A stretch of DNA of 58,773 nucleotides from positions 1-58,773 of the IMG/VR virus record IMGVR_UViG_3300031576_000048; one strand, written 5' to 3'. Made by a program: the position numbers and the translations under genes. Below are positions 26,907-35,366 of this stretch, piece after piece. The stretch is from a virus. Its lineage: Duplodnaviria; Caudoviricetes. How positions within the stretch are numbered: position 1 is the first letter of the stretch; each line of letters opens with the position of its first letter. Under the pieces are notes generated by a model, which ran no database searches, was not told the DNA's origin, and saw nothing but the letters and a program-made list of their open reading frames with translations.

Positions 26907-27356
26907 TTAACTCAGGATCCCTGCGGGTGTCTTGGGACGAGAGAGGAACTCCAGTTCACATGGTGCATAGTAGCATACAAGAAACAAACCCAACGCTTCA
27001 GCTCTTTTGATTGCCCGTCCAGGCCTGTTCCAAACATGGTTGGCCGCCCTACTGAGGTAAGTACATGGGGGATGAGCAATAATCATATCCCATCTGCCCT
27101 CAAGAACATCTCGCACATCGCATTGGAAATGTTTCCCTTCGCTCGGCTCAACATCACAACTCCAAGCGAACGCCGCCGTGATGCAGTCTTGGCATCGGGG
27201 TTTCATGTACCCGTTTGCCTCGCCGACAATGTCGAATCTGAAATCCGTAAGATTGCACGAAGGTAGAGAACTCGTAAGTTCCGACACATGTTTCGCTTCC
27301 AGAATCCGTTCCGCCCAACGCGGGGCAACATCAAAAAGACCGTAAGGGATTTCCAT
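26907..27356 (-). pseudogene. Chimeric ORF containing a truncated phage cytosine-methyltransferase fragment
   Basis: AWSCDV..GKHFQCDV..WDMIIAHPPCTYLS present; motif I and the ENP/C-terminal motifs absent. Confidence 0.6.
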
Positions 27357-27415
27357 TTGGTTTTCACCTTCTTGCTGCTTTAAAGAGAAGTCGTCTCGTT
27401 TACGAGACGGAGTCG

Positions 27416-27811
27416 TCACCCTGACAATTCTACAATAGTCTTCCCGTATCGTTTTGATTGAGCGAGCATATCCGATGATCCTTTTCGCCGATTGCAATCA
27501 CTATGCACGAGGTGGAGGTTGCTCGGCGCATTGTATTTCTCCGCATTGGGATTTTTGTGATCGATCTCGTTTCTCCACGCGGGGATCAGTAGATATTTCG
27601 TACAGATTTTGTCTATGCCGTGCAATCCGCATATGCCGTTTTGGGTATTATAAAGACGTTGTTTCAGCGTTTTTGAGAATTGCTTTCGCCGCTCACGCCT
27701 TTTCGCAACCTTCTCGAAAAGCATCGAGTGTGCCACCTCGTTGAAGAGGGTTTTCCCCCACTTCTCGCGTAGTGCTTCAAGCTCACTGCGGTACGATTCA
27801 AACGGGTTCAT
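27416..27811 (-). CDS. HNH endonuclease
   Basis: QNGICG...EIDHKNP...SNLHLVHSDCNRRKG. Confidence 0.8.
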   Translation of the reverse strand: MNPFESYRSELEALREKWGKTLFNEVAHSMLFEKVAKRRERRKQFSKTLKQRLYNTQNGICGLHGIDKICTKYLLIPAWRNEIDHKNPNAEKYNAPSNLHLVHSDCNRRKGSSDMLAQSKRYGKTIVELSG

Positions 27812-28005
27812 TTTTTCGCCGGGACTTTTTCCACATCGCCATATTTCTCAAGGAGCGGTTCTACCTGTTCGTAAATCTCATAACCCTTTTCAAGTAGAAC
27901 TGTCGCATTATGCAATTGTTCTTTTGCCAATATCATAGCCAGCTCTGATTTTTGAGTAAGATTGTAGTCGGCATTTTGAAGTGCTTCAAGAATCGAAACT
28001 GACAT
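27808..28005 (-). CDS. Hypothetical protein
   Basis: SD GAAAGGA; coupled to the next ORF. Confidence 0.6.
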   Translation of the reverse strand: MSVSILEALQNADYNLTQKSELAMILAKEQLHNATVLLEKGYEIYEQVEPLLEKYGDVEKVPAKK

Positions 28006-28032
28006 TTCCCGTCCTTTCTCAACGCGATCAGG

Positions 28033-28383
28033 CTATGAGACGATTGTTAGTTTTATTTCAGGGTGCGAGGAGTTCATTTGCGCACAAAAAAGTTTCCATT
28101 TCAAGCGGAATGCCGGCGTGGAGAATCCCTTGACTTCAACGTATTCCTTCTCCCCATTCGGATATGAGACCAGGAAATCCACGTAGTAATCACAGATATG
28201 AGTCCCATAGGCATACAGTTCCACCTTTACTTGGCGCTCCCAACCCAAGATTTCTCCTGCCCGTATTCTAACTTCGAGGTCACGCGCATACCGCGCCTCT
28301 TTCGTGGAGTGATAAGTAACCCCCCCCCCATAGTCCCTCGGCACATTCTTGTACTTGGACTTTACGATAAAAACCCTCCTCAA
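28033..28383 (-). CDS. DUF1064-family PD-(D/E)XK nuclease
   Basis: SKYKN..YHSTKEARY..ERQV..YYVDF..VEVKG..FRLKWKLF. Confidence 0.85.
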   Translation of the reverse strand: MRRVFIVKSKYKNVPRDYGGGVTYHSTKEARYARDLEVRIRAGEILGWERQVKVELYAYGTHICDYYVDFLVSYPNGEKEYVEVKGFSTPAFRLKWKLFCAQMNSSHPEIKLTIVS

Positions 28384-28579
28384 GCCGTTCCATTGCCGTT
28401 ACTTAGGACTTGAAATTTCTTTCTGCACTTCATTGTCAAATGCCTACGCGATTCGCCAAATCCACGACAAGACTCCAAGGACAAACCAAAGCCAAATTAC
28501 AGCATGACAGCCTATGTACCAGTAGTATGCGGGACGCATATTCGTGATGTGAATTCCGATTCAGCCGATTCGGAAGAGT

Positions 28580-29326
28580 CTAAGATACGGTAAGACTATC
28601 GGTTTTATAGTCCGCAAGCAACGACTTCTCATTTGATTCTGGCGACAATTCTTCGCCACGCTCTAACCGGATGGCCTCGGCCATTTCCGTCGAGAGCGGC
28701 CAGAACCGTGCAGCGTCGATGATGACCGTCTTTTTCCACATCGCTGGCTCATCATCGGAGTCCCAGATTTTGCCCGTTTGACTTGCTGCTTTTGCGCGTT
28801 TGATCCGCCTCTCATTGATGACGTGGAAAAGGCGCTCGTTGCTGACCACGTCGGTCCATGTGCAGTAGGCGAGCTTGAGCTTCCCAGGCCCATCGACATC
28901 GGGCAGCACATACCAGGGCGTATGCTTGATATAGCGCTGGGTGCCGAGGGCGATCTCGTGCGGCTCGTTGTCGTAGATGACCTCCGCGTGGATGGCCGAG
29001 ATCATCCCCGAGTTCCGGGCGAGCTGCTGGTAGCCCCGGTACTCGATCTGCACGGTCGCGAGTTTCTTGCCCGAATGCTTATCATTGCGTGGAATAATAC
29101 ACACGAGTTGGAGCGCCGGATCAGGATTGAGTCCGAGCTTCGCGATCCCGTATATCGCCTTCACGATGGAGTAGGGGTCACATGAGCTCACCGAGTTTGC
29201 GAGCGAGATGGCGATGTGGTAGAATCTTTCGGGATCGACATCGCGAGGCAACACCCGCAGGATCGCCTCCTTCTTCTCTTCGAGGATTTGTTCGCCCTGT
29301 GTGACAGTGGATAATGCGGTAGCCAT
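28580..29326 (-). CDS. recT: RecT-family single-strand annealing protein
   Basis: AKLGLNPD, QIEYRGYQQLARNSG, AMWKKTV..WPLS. Confidence 0.85.
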   Translation of the reverse strand: MATALSTVTQGEQILEEKKEAILRVLPRDVDPERFYHIAISLANSVSSCDPYSIVKAIYGIAKLGLNPDPALQLVCIIPRNDKHSGKKLATVQIEYRGYQQLARNSGMISAIHAEVIYDNEPHEIALGTQRYIKHTPWYVLPDVDGPGKLKLAYCTWTDVVSNERLFHVINERRIKRAKAASQTGKIWDSDDEPAMWKKTVIIDAARFWPLSTEMAEAIRLERGEELSPESNEKSLLADYKTDSLTVS

Positions 29327-29350
29327 CAGCCCATCCTTTCGATCATTTTT

Positions 29351-30253
29351 TTACAGCCCGTTATACTGTCTGTGCCACCATTCGGGGCCGTACAATTCCT
29401 CGGCCTCCTCCGTGTAGCCCGGCCACTTGTCGTCTTCCCGCGCCATCTTTAGTCGCGAAAGCAGATTCCCGTATTCGTTCCGCCCTGCGTCAAGAAGTTC
29501 CGCCGACGCCTGGTAAACGCCCACCGCGAAGGGCGGCGCATCCTCGACAACGATCCAGTAGTAGCGCGAGTTCTCCCCCGTGAGCTTCTTGATGAGGTCG
29601 ACGTACATCGCGGCCTGCATCCCATAGCCGTAGCCGGACGAGCCGGGTATACGATTTGCGAAACTGCGGGCTGATCCGGACCGCTGGCTTGGCGAATCGG
29701 GCGCACCGACCTTCTTGATGTCCACGATTGTGGATGGTTTTTCGATCCACTTGTCGAGCCGGCCCTTGCATCTCTCGCCGATCAGATCGGCGACCGCGGC
29801 GACCTCGAACTTGCCGGGGAATTTCCGGAGCCATTCGGCGGGATGCTTCTTTACTGCGATCACGGCGTTCGCGATCGCCGCAGCGTCAAGGCGTTCGAGG
29901 AACTCCTTGCCTGCATTCTCACTCATCCATGCGACTTTCCGCTCCTTGTTGCCCGTGTTTCGTTGGTCGCCGAATTCCGGCATGACGCAATAGAGCGAAT
30001 CGAAACGGTCCGGCTCAAGGAGTTTCATGTGGAGAGCCCGGCCAAAGGCAAGGGCTAGGGTGTCCTCGCGCCTCAGCCTTCCTTCGAGGGCCCACTTGAG
30101 GTGCAGCATGGACACATGGCCCCACAAGAGCGTCGAGCAATTCAGGGCCTTGATCCTGTCGTACTCTTCCCAGGACAATTCAAAAATCCCGGTTTCGACG
30201 CCTGCCGATTTCATGAGAGATCCGGAATTCTCAGGATCGCGTCCCGCTTCCAT
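29351..30253 (-). CDS. RecE/exonuclease VIII-like PD-(D/E)XK nuclease (DUF3799-like)
   Basis: FGRALH..LLEPD, CKGRLD, IVDIK, YGMQAAMY, WPGY; adjacent to recT. Confidence 0.85.
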   Translation of the reverse strand: MEAGRDPENSGSLMKSAGVETGIFELSWEEYDRIKALNCSTLLWGHVSMLHLKWALEGRLRREDTLALAFGRALHMKLLEPDRFDSLYCVMPEFGDQRNTGNKERKVAWMSENAGKEFLERLDAAAIANAVIAVKKHPAEWLRKFPGKFEVAAVADLIGERCKGRLDKWIEKPSTIVDIKKVGAPDSPSQRSGSARSFANRIPGSSGYGYGMQAAMYVDLIKKLTGENSRYYWIVVEDAPPFAVGVYQASAELLDAGRNEYGNLLSRLKMAREDDKWPGYTEEAEELYGPEWWHRQYNGL

Positions 30254-30575
30254 CCAAAATACCTTCCAATTTGTCTACAATTTCAGATATGGCGCCCGTT
30301 TCAAGTCCCATGTCCCCAAATTGTTTCTGTAAGAGCTTTAACAGCTGCACAATACCCCTTGCAGAGTCTTGAATCGTCATTTCGCGGGGAGATACCCGAG
30401 GCTTGATTTCTCTCTCGATTATTTCGATAATTCCGGACAGCCGTCCGGAATCATAGGCATGGGCATGGAAAGTTGTAATGTCGCCGTTTTCATTCGTGAT
30501 GAGTTCAACGCAATTCCCTCCAGAAAGCGTCCATCTCTCAGTCGTTTCTTTCGTTTCCTTTACTGCATCATTCAT
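30231..30575 (-). CDS. Hypothetical protein
   Basis: SD AAGGGA; in operon. Confidence 0.55.
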   Translation of the reverse strand: MNDAVKETKETTERWTLSGGNCVELITNENGDITTFHAHAYDSGRLSGIIEIIEREIKPRVSPREMTIQDSARGIVQLLKLLQKQFGDMGLETGAISEIVDKLEGILDGSGTRS

Positions 30576-30618
30576 GGATATTCCCTTTTTGTTTGTTGTT
30601 TGGGATAGGTTTTTTTAT

Positions 30619-30864
30619 TTACTTTGATTGTTGATCGGCCGTTTGCTGCGGGGATTTTTTCGAATTCCGCTTCAACCATCTGGCGATGCGGCGTTCCGTC
30701 CAATCGCCCATCCCGCCGAACGTTTCGGCCTTCTGGTATGTCGCATGTCCGATCCCGATCCGCGCCGCCGCCTGATACTGCGTCAGACCCAGACGTGTCC
30801 GCTTGCGAGCCATTCGGGCCGCGAGCCTCGCCCGCCTTTGTACGGGATATCTCAATTCAATCAC
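30619..30864 (-). CDS. XRE/Cro-like HTH regulator
   Basis: RTRLGLTQYQAAARIGIGHATYQKAE; SD AAAGGAGGT. Confidence 0.8.
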   Translation of the reverse strand: MIELRYPVQRRARLAARMARKRTRLGLTQYQAAARIGIGHATYQKAETFGGMGDWTERRIARWLKRNSKKSPQQTADQQSK

Positions 30865-30883
30865 CTCCTTTAATGATTATTTT

Positions 30884-30912
30884 AATATATACATATTCAT
30901 ATATATTGTCAA
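30884..30912 (-). promoter_or_regulatory. Promoter of the Cro/recombination operon
   Basis: TTGACA-17 nt-TATATT. Confidence 0.75.
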
Positions 30913-30985
30913 GAAAAAATTTGCGCCGCTTGAATTCGTTTTGCGTAGAGCGGCGCTGGGCCACGCTATATAGGAGTCCGTCGTC

Positions 30986-31032
30986 CGCTCCTTGACAGGC
31001 TGTGAAACTCGGACAGGCGGACGGGCACGAAT
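30986..31032. repeat. 47-bp inverted repeat, copy A
   Basis: Exact reverse complement of 32170-32216. Confidence 0.9.
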
Positions 31033-31079
31033 CCTTCACCCTTACCAATGACGTTTCACAGCCAATCCTGGTTGTTTTT

Positions 31080-32132
31080 TCAGTTTTTCCCGATTTCAAG
31101 GCACGCGGCGAACGCACGAGCCTTTTCCCGCGCTCGCGATCCCCATACGCACGATATGTCTGCGCTTTTTCCGCCGCGCCAGTCTGCGACCTCGGTGACG
31201 GCATTGTATGCGCCCCACAAAGTTGTTCGCAACGGTGAGGGTTCAAACGTTTCCCATTGCGTTTCCGCGGCCTTGCGCAGTTCCAATGTAGAGTCAACCT
31301 GCTTCTCGTAGTTCTCTTGTGCTCCGATGAATGTTTCGATCCCCGATATTTGCTTTTGCGCCAAAACCATCCCCTCTGTGCCGTATAGTCTTTCAAGCAG
31401 ACGCAATTTGGCTGGCTTCTGAGGATCTGGGAAGGCCGCGCGGAATACTTTTAGTGCATCCTCTCTCGTGATTTGATGTCCCGCAAATGCGTCAAACATT
31501 GCCTTGGTTTCGGCTGCGACCTCCTGAAATCTTGCGACCAATGTCGCCCCGATCTCAAGTTGGACACGGGCATCGATGCCGTGAGGCACACTCAGGTTGA
31601 TGGTAGCCTTTTCTGAGGCGAGCGTATTCGTGTTCCAACATACCACGCGCACGGGCGTATGCAAAATACGATGCCCGCGTCCCGGCTGCAAACTGAGGTT
31701 CGCCAGGAAGTAACTGCGCATTTCGTCAGTATCGGCAACCTGCCAGTCCGTGCCTCGGAGAGCAAGAAAGCACAATGCCCCGCCTTCCAGAACGCCAGCC
31801 GTTTCGACTTTGTAACTCTTTGATAATTCGTCGAGTGCTCCCGCAAGTTCCACGTAAGACATAGGATGCCATCGTTCTGTGACGATACCCAAACCCTCCG
31901 CTGGTTCGTTTGCGGTCGCCTCTCGAACAATTGCTTGGTAGTCGCCAAAGCGCTCCAATCCTTTGCCCAAGTCAATATACACGGGTTTGGCAACAATGTG
32001 GACATCTTCCGCTACTTGCCGCACGGCTTCCGTAGCCGACAACACAGTCCCCGCTGGGAACACAGTGCCTAGGTTATGCCATGCTGGTTCACCGCGCGAT
32101 GTGAAGCGTTCCCCGAAAATTTTGTGACTCAT
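31080..32132 (-). CDS. DUF932-family phage/plasmid protein
   Basis: RGEPAWHNLG, ETAGVLEGG, TPVRVVCWNT, TLWGAYNAVTEVADW. Confidence 0.85.
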   Translation of the reverse strand: MSHKIFGERFTSRGEPAWHNLGTVFPAGTVLSATEAVRQVAEDVHIVAKPVYIDLGKGLERFGDYQAIVREATANEPAEGLGIVTERWHPMSYVELAGALDELSKSYKVETAGVLEGGALCFLALRGTDWQVADTDEMRSYFLANLSLQPGRGHRILHTPVRVVCWNTNTLASEKATINLSVPHGIDARVQLEIGATLVARFQEVAAETKAMFDAFAGHQITREDALKVFRAAFPDPQKPAKLRLLERLYGTEGMVLAQKQISGIETFIGAQENYEKQVDSTLELRKAAETQWETFEPSPLRTTLWGAYNAVTEVADWRGGKSADISCVWGSRAREKARAFAACLEIGKN

Positions 32133-32169
32133 AACATTCTCCTTTAGTTTAATGAATAGAAGGTGAGGA

Positions 32170-32216
32170 ATTCGTGCCCGTCCGCCTGTCCGAGTTTCAC
32201 AGCCTGTCAAGGAGCG
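32170..32216. repeat. 47-bp inverted repeat, copy B
   Basis: Exact reverse complement of 30986-31032. Confidence 0.9.
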
Positions 32217-32409
32217 CCCAGATCCTCAGACGCCGGAGATTAAGTTCTTCATCGGGCGTAGATTCTTTGTGTGAAAAGTCCTGTTTGAGATATCCTATCC
32301 AACCATCCTCTGCAAGTCTACTGATATACAACTCCTCTCCCGTGATCCAGCGGCTGTTCAGGCCGACCTCATCAATCGCCAATCCGCCTGTCCGTTCGGC
32401 TGTCTCCAT
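32197..32409 (-). CDS. Small early hypothetical protein
   Basis: SD AAAGGAG; stop codon lies inside IR copy B. Confidence 0.55.
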   Translation of the reverse strand: METAERTGGLAIDEVGLNSRWITGEELYISRLAEDGWIGYLKQDFSHKESTPDEELNLRRLRIWALLDRL

Positions 32410-32602
32410 GTCGTTCTCCTTTCAAGAAAGTTTGTGTTTGTGAAACCCTCACCACATAGTCAAATGAGACATTTTCCCTATGCAGTTCCATTGTCGCCGC
32501 TGCAAGCAAGAACATCTCGCTTGCGTCTTCATTGAGGGCGAGCTCGATCACGATGTAGCGCAACTTCGATTCCTCATCCCTATACACGACATCACAAGTC
32601 AT
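32372..32602 (-). CDS. Small early hypothetical protein
   Basis: SD AGGAGG; coupled ORF. Confidence 0.55.
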   Translation of the reverse strand: MTCDVVYRDEESKLRYIVIELALNEDASEMFLLAAATMELHRENVSFDYVVRVSQTQTFLKGERHGDSRTDRRIGD

Positions 32603-32811
32603 ATGTCCTCCTTTTGCTCCTTGAAAAGATTGCGGATTTTCCGGATCGTGCGTTTGATTTCATTATCTATCAGCGTCTGGTCCCTCTGTGTGAATAACGC
32701 CCCCTTCAATAACGCGATTTGGAGCGAATTTATCTCCACAATCACCTCAGTCTTGATAGTCAGCAGCCCGCGCCTGACTGTTCCGATTCCCGTTTCCTCT
32801 TCATTTCCCAT
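32599..32811 (-). CDS. Small early hypothetical protein
   Basis: SD GGAG. Confidence 0.5.
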   Translation of the reverse strand: MGNEEETGIGTVRRGLLTIKTEVIVEINSLQIALLKGALFTQRDQTLIDNEIKRTIRKIRNLFKEQKEDI

Positions 32812-33041
32812 AGCTGTTTCTCCATTTCGTATCTGTTTATTTCAGTGAGCAAGTCCATGTAGGCGGCTTCTGCCGTCTCGCCCGCGCCGCAGATGTGCCC
32901 GTTGTCGAATCCGGGGCAAGGGGACACGCGGGCGAGGTGGATGTCGTAATACTCCACACTTTTGTCCGCCTCCGCGTAGGCGTAGTCGAACTCATACGGG
33001 ACAATCGCCTTGGCCTTTTCGACCATTTCCTCGAATGTCAT
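32760..33041 (-). CDS. Small early hypothetical protein
   Basis: SD AAAAGGAG. Confidence 0.55.
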   Translation of the reverse strand: MTFEEMVEKAKAIVPYEFDYAYAEADKSVEYYDIHLARVSPCPGFDNGHICGAGETAEAAYMDLLTEINRYEMEKQLWEMKRKRESEQSGAGC

Positions 33042-33065
33042 TTTGACTCCTTTTGTGATGTCATA

Positions 33066-33560
33066 TTATGCCTGTCTCTGAGTGTCTCGTAAAACCCGCA
33101 GTGACGCTATTACGTATACCAACCAATGGCCGATTTTTGCTTCTCCTTCTGTTGAATAGCGCTCGCAGAATATGCTGTGCCTATCTTTGGTGAACACCAT
33201 TGTCTCGAATATCAGCGGTCTCTCACCTATGCATTGATGATTCAATCCCAACCACACCGTCGAAACTAAACCGCCCCACCATGTTTTCCATTGATAGACA
33301 ACTCGGTCAACTTCATTATATTGCTTTGCCCATATAAGGGCTGCTCCCTTGTCAAGAATTGGTGTGCCATCACGATTGTAGTACATGATATAAGCAGCCT
33401 TCCGCAGTTCGGGAGATAACCGCGCATCATTCAGTTCCTGGAAGCTCATATCAACTCCTTCTCTTGATTTTTCATAAGCAAATCCATAACCGTACTTAGT
33501 GCTGCTGCCGCGGCGACCATGCCGTCGGCGAATCCGATGTTCCTTGTTCATAGCTTGCAC
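33066..33560 (-). CDS. Hypothetical protein
   Basis: VSTVWLGLNH..PLIFETMVF..ERYST..EA..GH motif common in phages; start may be internal. Confidence 0.6.
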   Translation of the reverse strand: MQAMNKEHRIRRRHGRRGSSTKYGYGFAYEKSREGVDMSFQELNDARLSPELRKAAYIMYYNRDGTPILDKGAALIWAKQYNEVDRVVYQWKTWWGGLVSTVWLGLNHQCIGERPLIFETMVFTKDRHSIFCERYSTEGEAKIGHWLVYVIASLRVLRDTQRQA

Positions 33561-33778
33561 TCCTTCCTACTGTGCCGCATTCGCGCTTCACGCTCTAACC
33601 TTAAAACCTCGCCAACACATTTCTCACAATAGCTGGGTGTGTGGTGTGCTGGGACAACATGATTTGCCAAGCACACATAAGTAGTTTTGCAGCGCCTGCA
33701 ATGCACATTCTTGTTGCAATGTTTTCGTTTGTAGGCATCCTCAAATGCTTGGAATAACGCAGTCCATTGATTTCTCAT
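33548..33778 (-). CDS. Small Cys/His zinc-binding protein
   Basis: CRRC...CEKC. Confidence 0.45.
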   Translation of the reverse strand: MRNQWTALFQAFEDAYKRKHCNKNVHCRRCKTTYVCLANHVVPAHHTPSYCEKCVGEVLRLEREARMRHSRKECKL

Positions 33779-33787
33779 TCTCTACCT

Positions 33788-34112
33788 CTACCGTCGTTTT
33801 TTTGTCCGATCAATTTTGACGCGGATTGTTGTTGGTAACTCAGCGGGCTTGATCCCGACTTTGTGCAAGAGTTGATCACAGATATCTGCCCCCGTTGCAG
33901 CATATTCCGCATTGAAAAACCGGCATTTGCGGGCTATCCTTACGGGTATACCGCCACGCCGGACGACTCGGATATTGTAAAGACCGGGCATGGCAAGATG
34001 CTCAAATATGTCGTTGGGCAAATAGCTGAGAAACATCATCTCAGTGTCCGACTTGCTCACAAGCCGTGCTACTATGCCATCGCTGCTGACTTGGAACTGT
34101 TTCTTCGCCATG
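33788..34112 (-). CDS. Hypothetical protein
   Basis: Probable start at MAKKQ just after the upstream stop; start coordinate approximate. Confidence 0.45.
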
Positions 34113-34115
34113 ATT

Positions 34116-34463
34116 TTAGTTCTCGTCTTTGATTTCCGGACTGAGCTCCTCGACATATCGCAGTGCCTCCCATCTGAGGTCTGCAACATCGTCGTCACGA
34201 TTGTCAAAAAGTTTGAGGTAGCGGGCCAACGCCGCATCTGTGATTTCACCGTTGCCTCGTCCAGCGGCATTTTCCATTTCATCTTCGATGATTTCATGCA
34301 ACAACTTCTTGGCGTCGATCTGCCTCATGGCATCTTTGACAATCCTCTTTCTTTGTTTCTCCAGCACTGCAAGATCATCCGCGAGCTGGAGTAACTGTTG
34401 CGTTTTGCATTCGATGAGCGATGCAAGAAAATCAAGTTCTGCTTGGTGCTTGTCGAGTGTCAT
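34116..34463 (-). CDS. Coiled-coil hypothetical protein
   Basis: Intact 115-aa ORF. Confidence 0.55.
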   Translation of the reverse strand: MTLDKHQAELDFLASLIECKTQQLLQLADDLAVLEKQRKRIVKDAMRQIDAKKLLHEIIEDEMENAAGRGNGEITDAALARYLKLFDNRDDDVADLRWEALRYVEELSPEIKDEN

Positions 34464-34484
34464 TGTGATTCAGATAGTCCGTTA

Positions 34485-34928
34485 TTATCGGATGTAGTTT
34501 GGATAGCGGTCCTTTGGCCGACACCAATCAAGCGCTTCTCCGCCCCCTGCCAACCAAGACGCGGCAATTGCTTCAAGTGCCTGCTTTATATCTTCTTGGT
34601 ATAACGGTTGTGAACCATCAGTAATTGGCCACACACCAAAGAGATCAAAGAGAACCCGCGCGGTGTTTTCTGCTGCTCCGCCTTCGCCGCCTCCGTCCAT
34701 GCGGAAGCCGTCACCAGTCCATATCACAGGAGCTTCCTGCCCATCAACAAAAATGATGTCAACAAAAATGAGATACCCGCAACACATCTCATTCGTGGGA
34801 ACACGTACAACCGCTATTTTGGATTCGTTGTATGCTGCGAGACTGTCCCGGAGACGTTTCAAGGATTCTTGGGAGACGCCGAAGGTTTTCGGGTCCATGT
34901 CTACCGAGTAGGTTGCGTTATGTGTCAT
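34485..34928 (-). CDS. Hypothetical protein
   Basis: SD GGAG before MTHNAT; GDGFRMDGGGEGG motif. Confidence 0.55.
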   Translation of the reverse strand: MTHNATYSVDMDPKTFGVSQESLKRLRDSLAAYNESKIAVVRVPTNEMCCGYLIFVDIIFVDGQEAPVIWTGDGFRMDGGGEGGAAENTARVLFDLFGVWPITDGSQPLYQEDIKQALEAIAASWLAGGGEALDWCRPKDRYPNYIR

Positions 34929-35064
34929 GTAAGTCTCCGTGTGAAGAATTTGTGAAGGGTTTGCCTGACGATGGCCTTGCGCTCTTTCTGGTATGCGTGA
35001 TGTGGCATGTTTTGGTTCTCCCTCAGAGACCGTTGCCCACCGAAGCGCTACCGAGACCTCCCCG

Positions 35065-35349
35065 CTACTCAACTATCTCAACCAAGCCAAGTTCGGCGAG
35101 CCGGACTTCCTGCTCGTCAGATACGCCCTGGAAAAACGAGATTGGATGCTCCGCCGGGTCCCATGCGTCTAGGCTGTCGCTCAACCACAAATCTTGGCCG
35201 TTAGTGTCCACATGTATCAGGTACACGCCGTCTTTCGCTCGCATCAGCGTGGTTGTGCCGGAGTAATTCCCGCCGTTGTAGTGATTGTGTGAGCACAAGC
35301 TCTCGCAGCGGCTTGTGTCGTACCGCTTACCGTTGATTGTAGCTTTCAT
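35065..35349 (-). CDS. Hypothetical protein
   Basis: MKATINGKRYDT start typical of a common small phage family; SD GGGAG. Confidence 0.65.
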   Translation of the reverse strand: MKATINGKRYDTSRCESLCSHNHYNGGNYSGTTTLMRAKDGVYLIHVDTNGQDLWLSDSLDAWDPAEHPISFFQGVSDEQEVRLAELGLVEIVE

Positions 35350-35366
35350 AGAATTTCTCCCAGATT

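Noticed and set aside
30920-30985. GCGCCGCT/AGCGGCGC stem as a ribozyme or riboswitch
   Set aside because: No catalytic or ligand-binding consensus matched; more simply the terminator of the early operon
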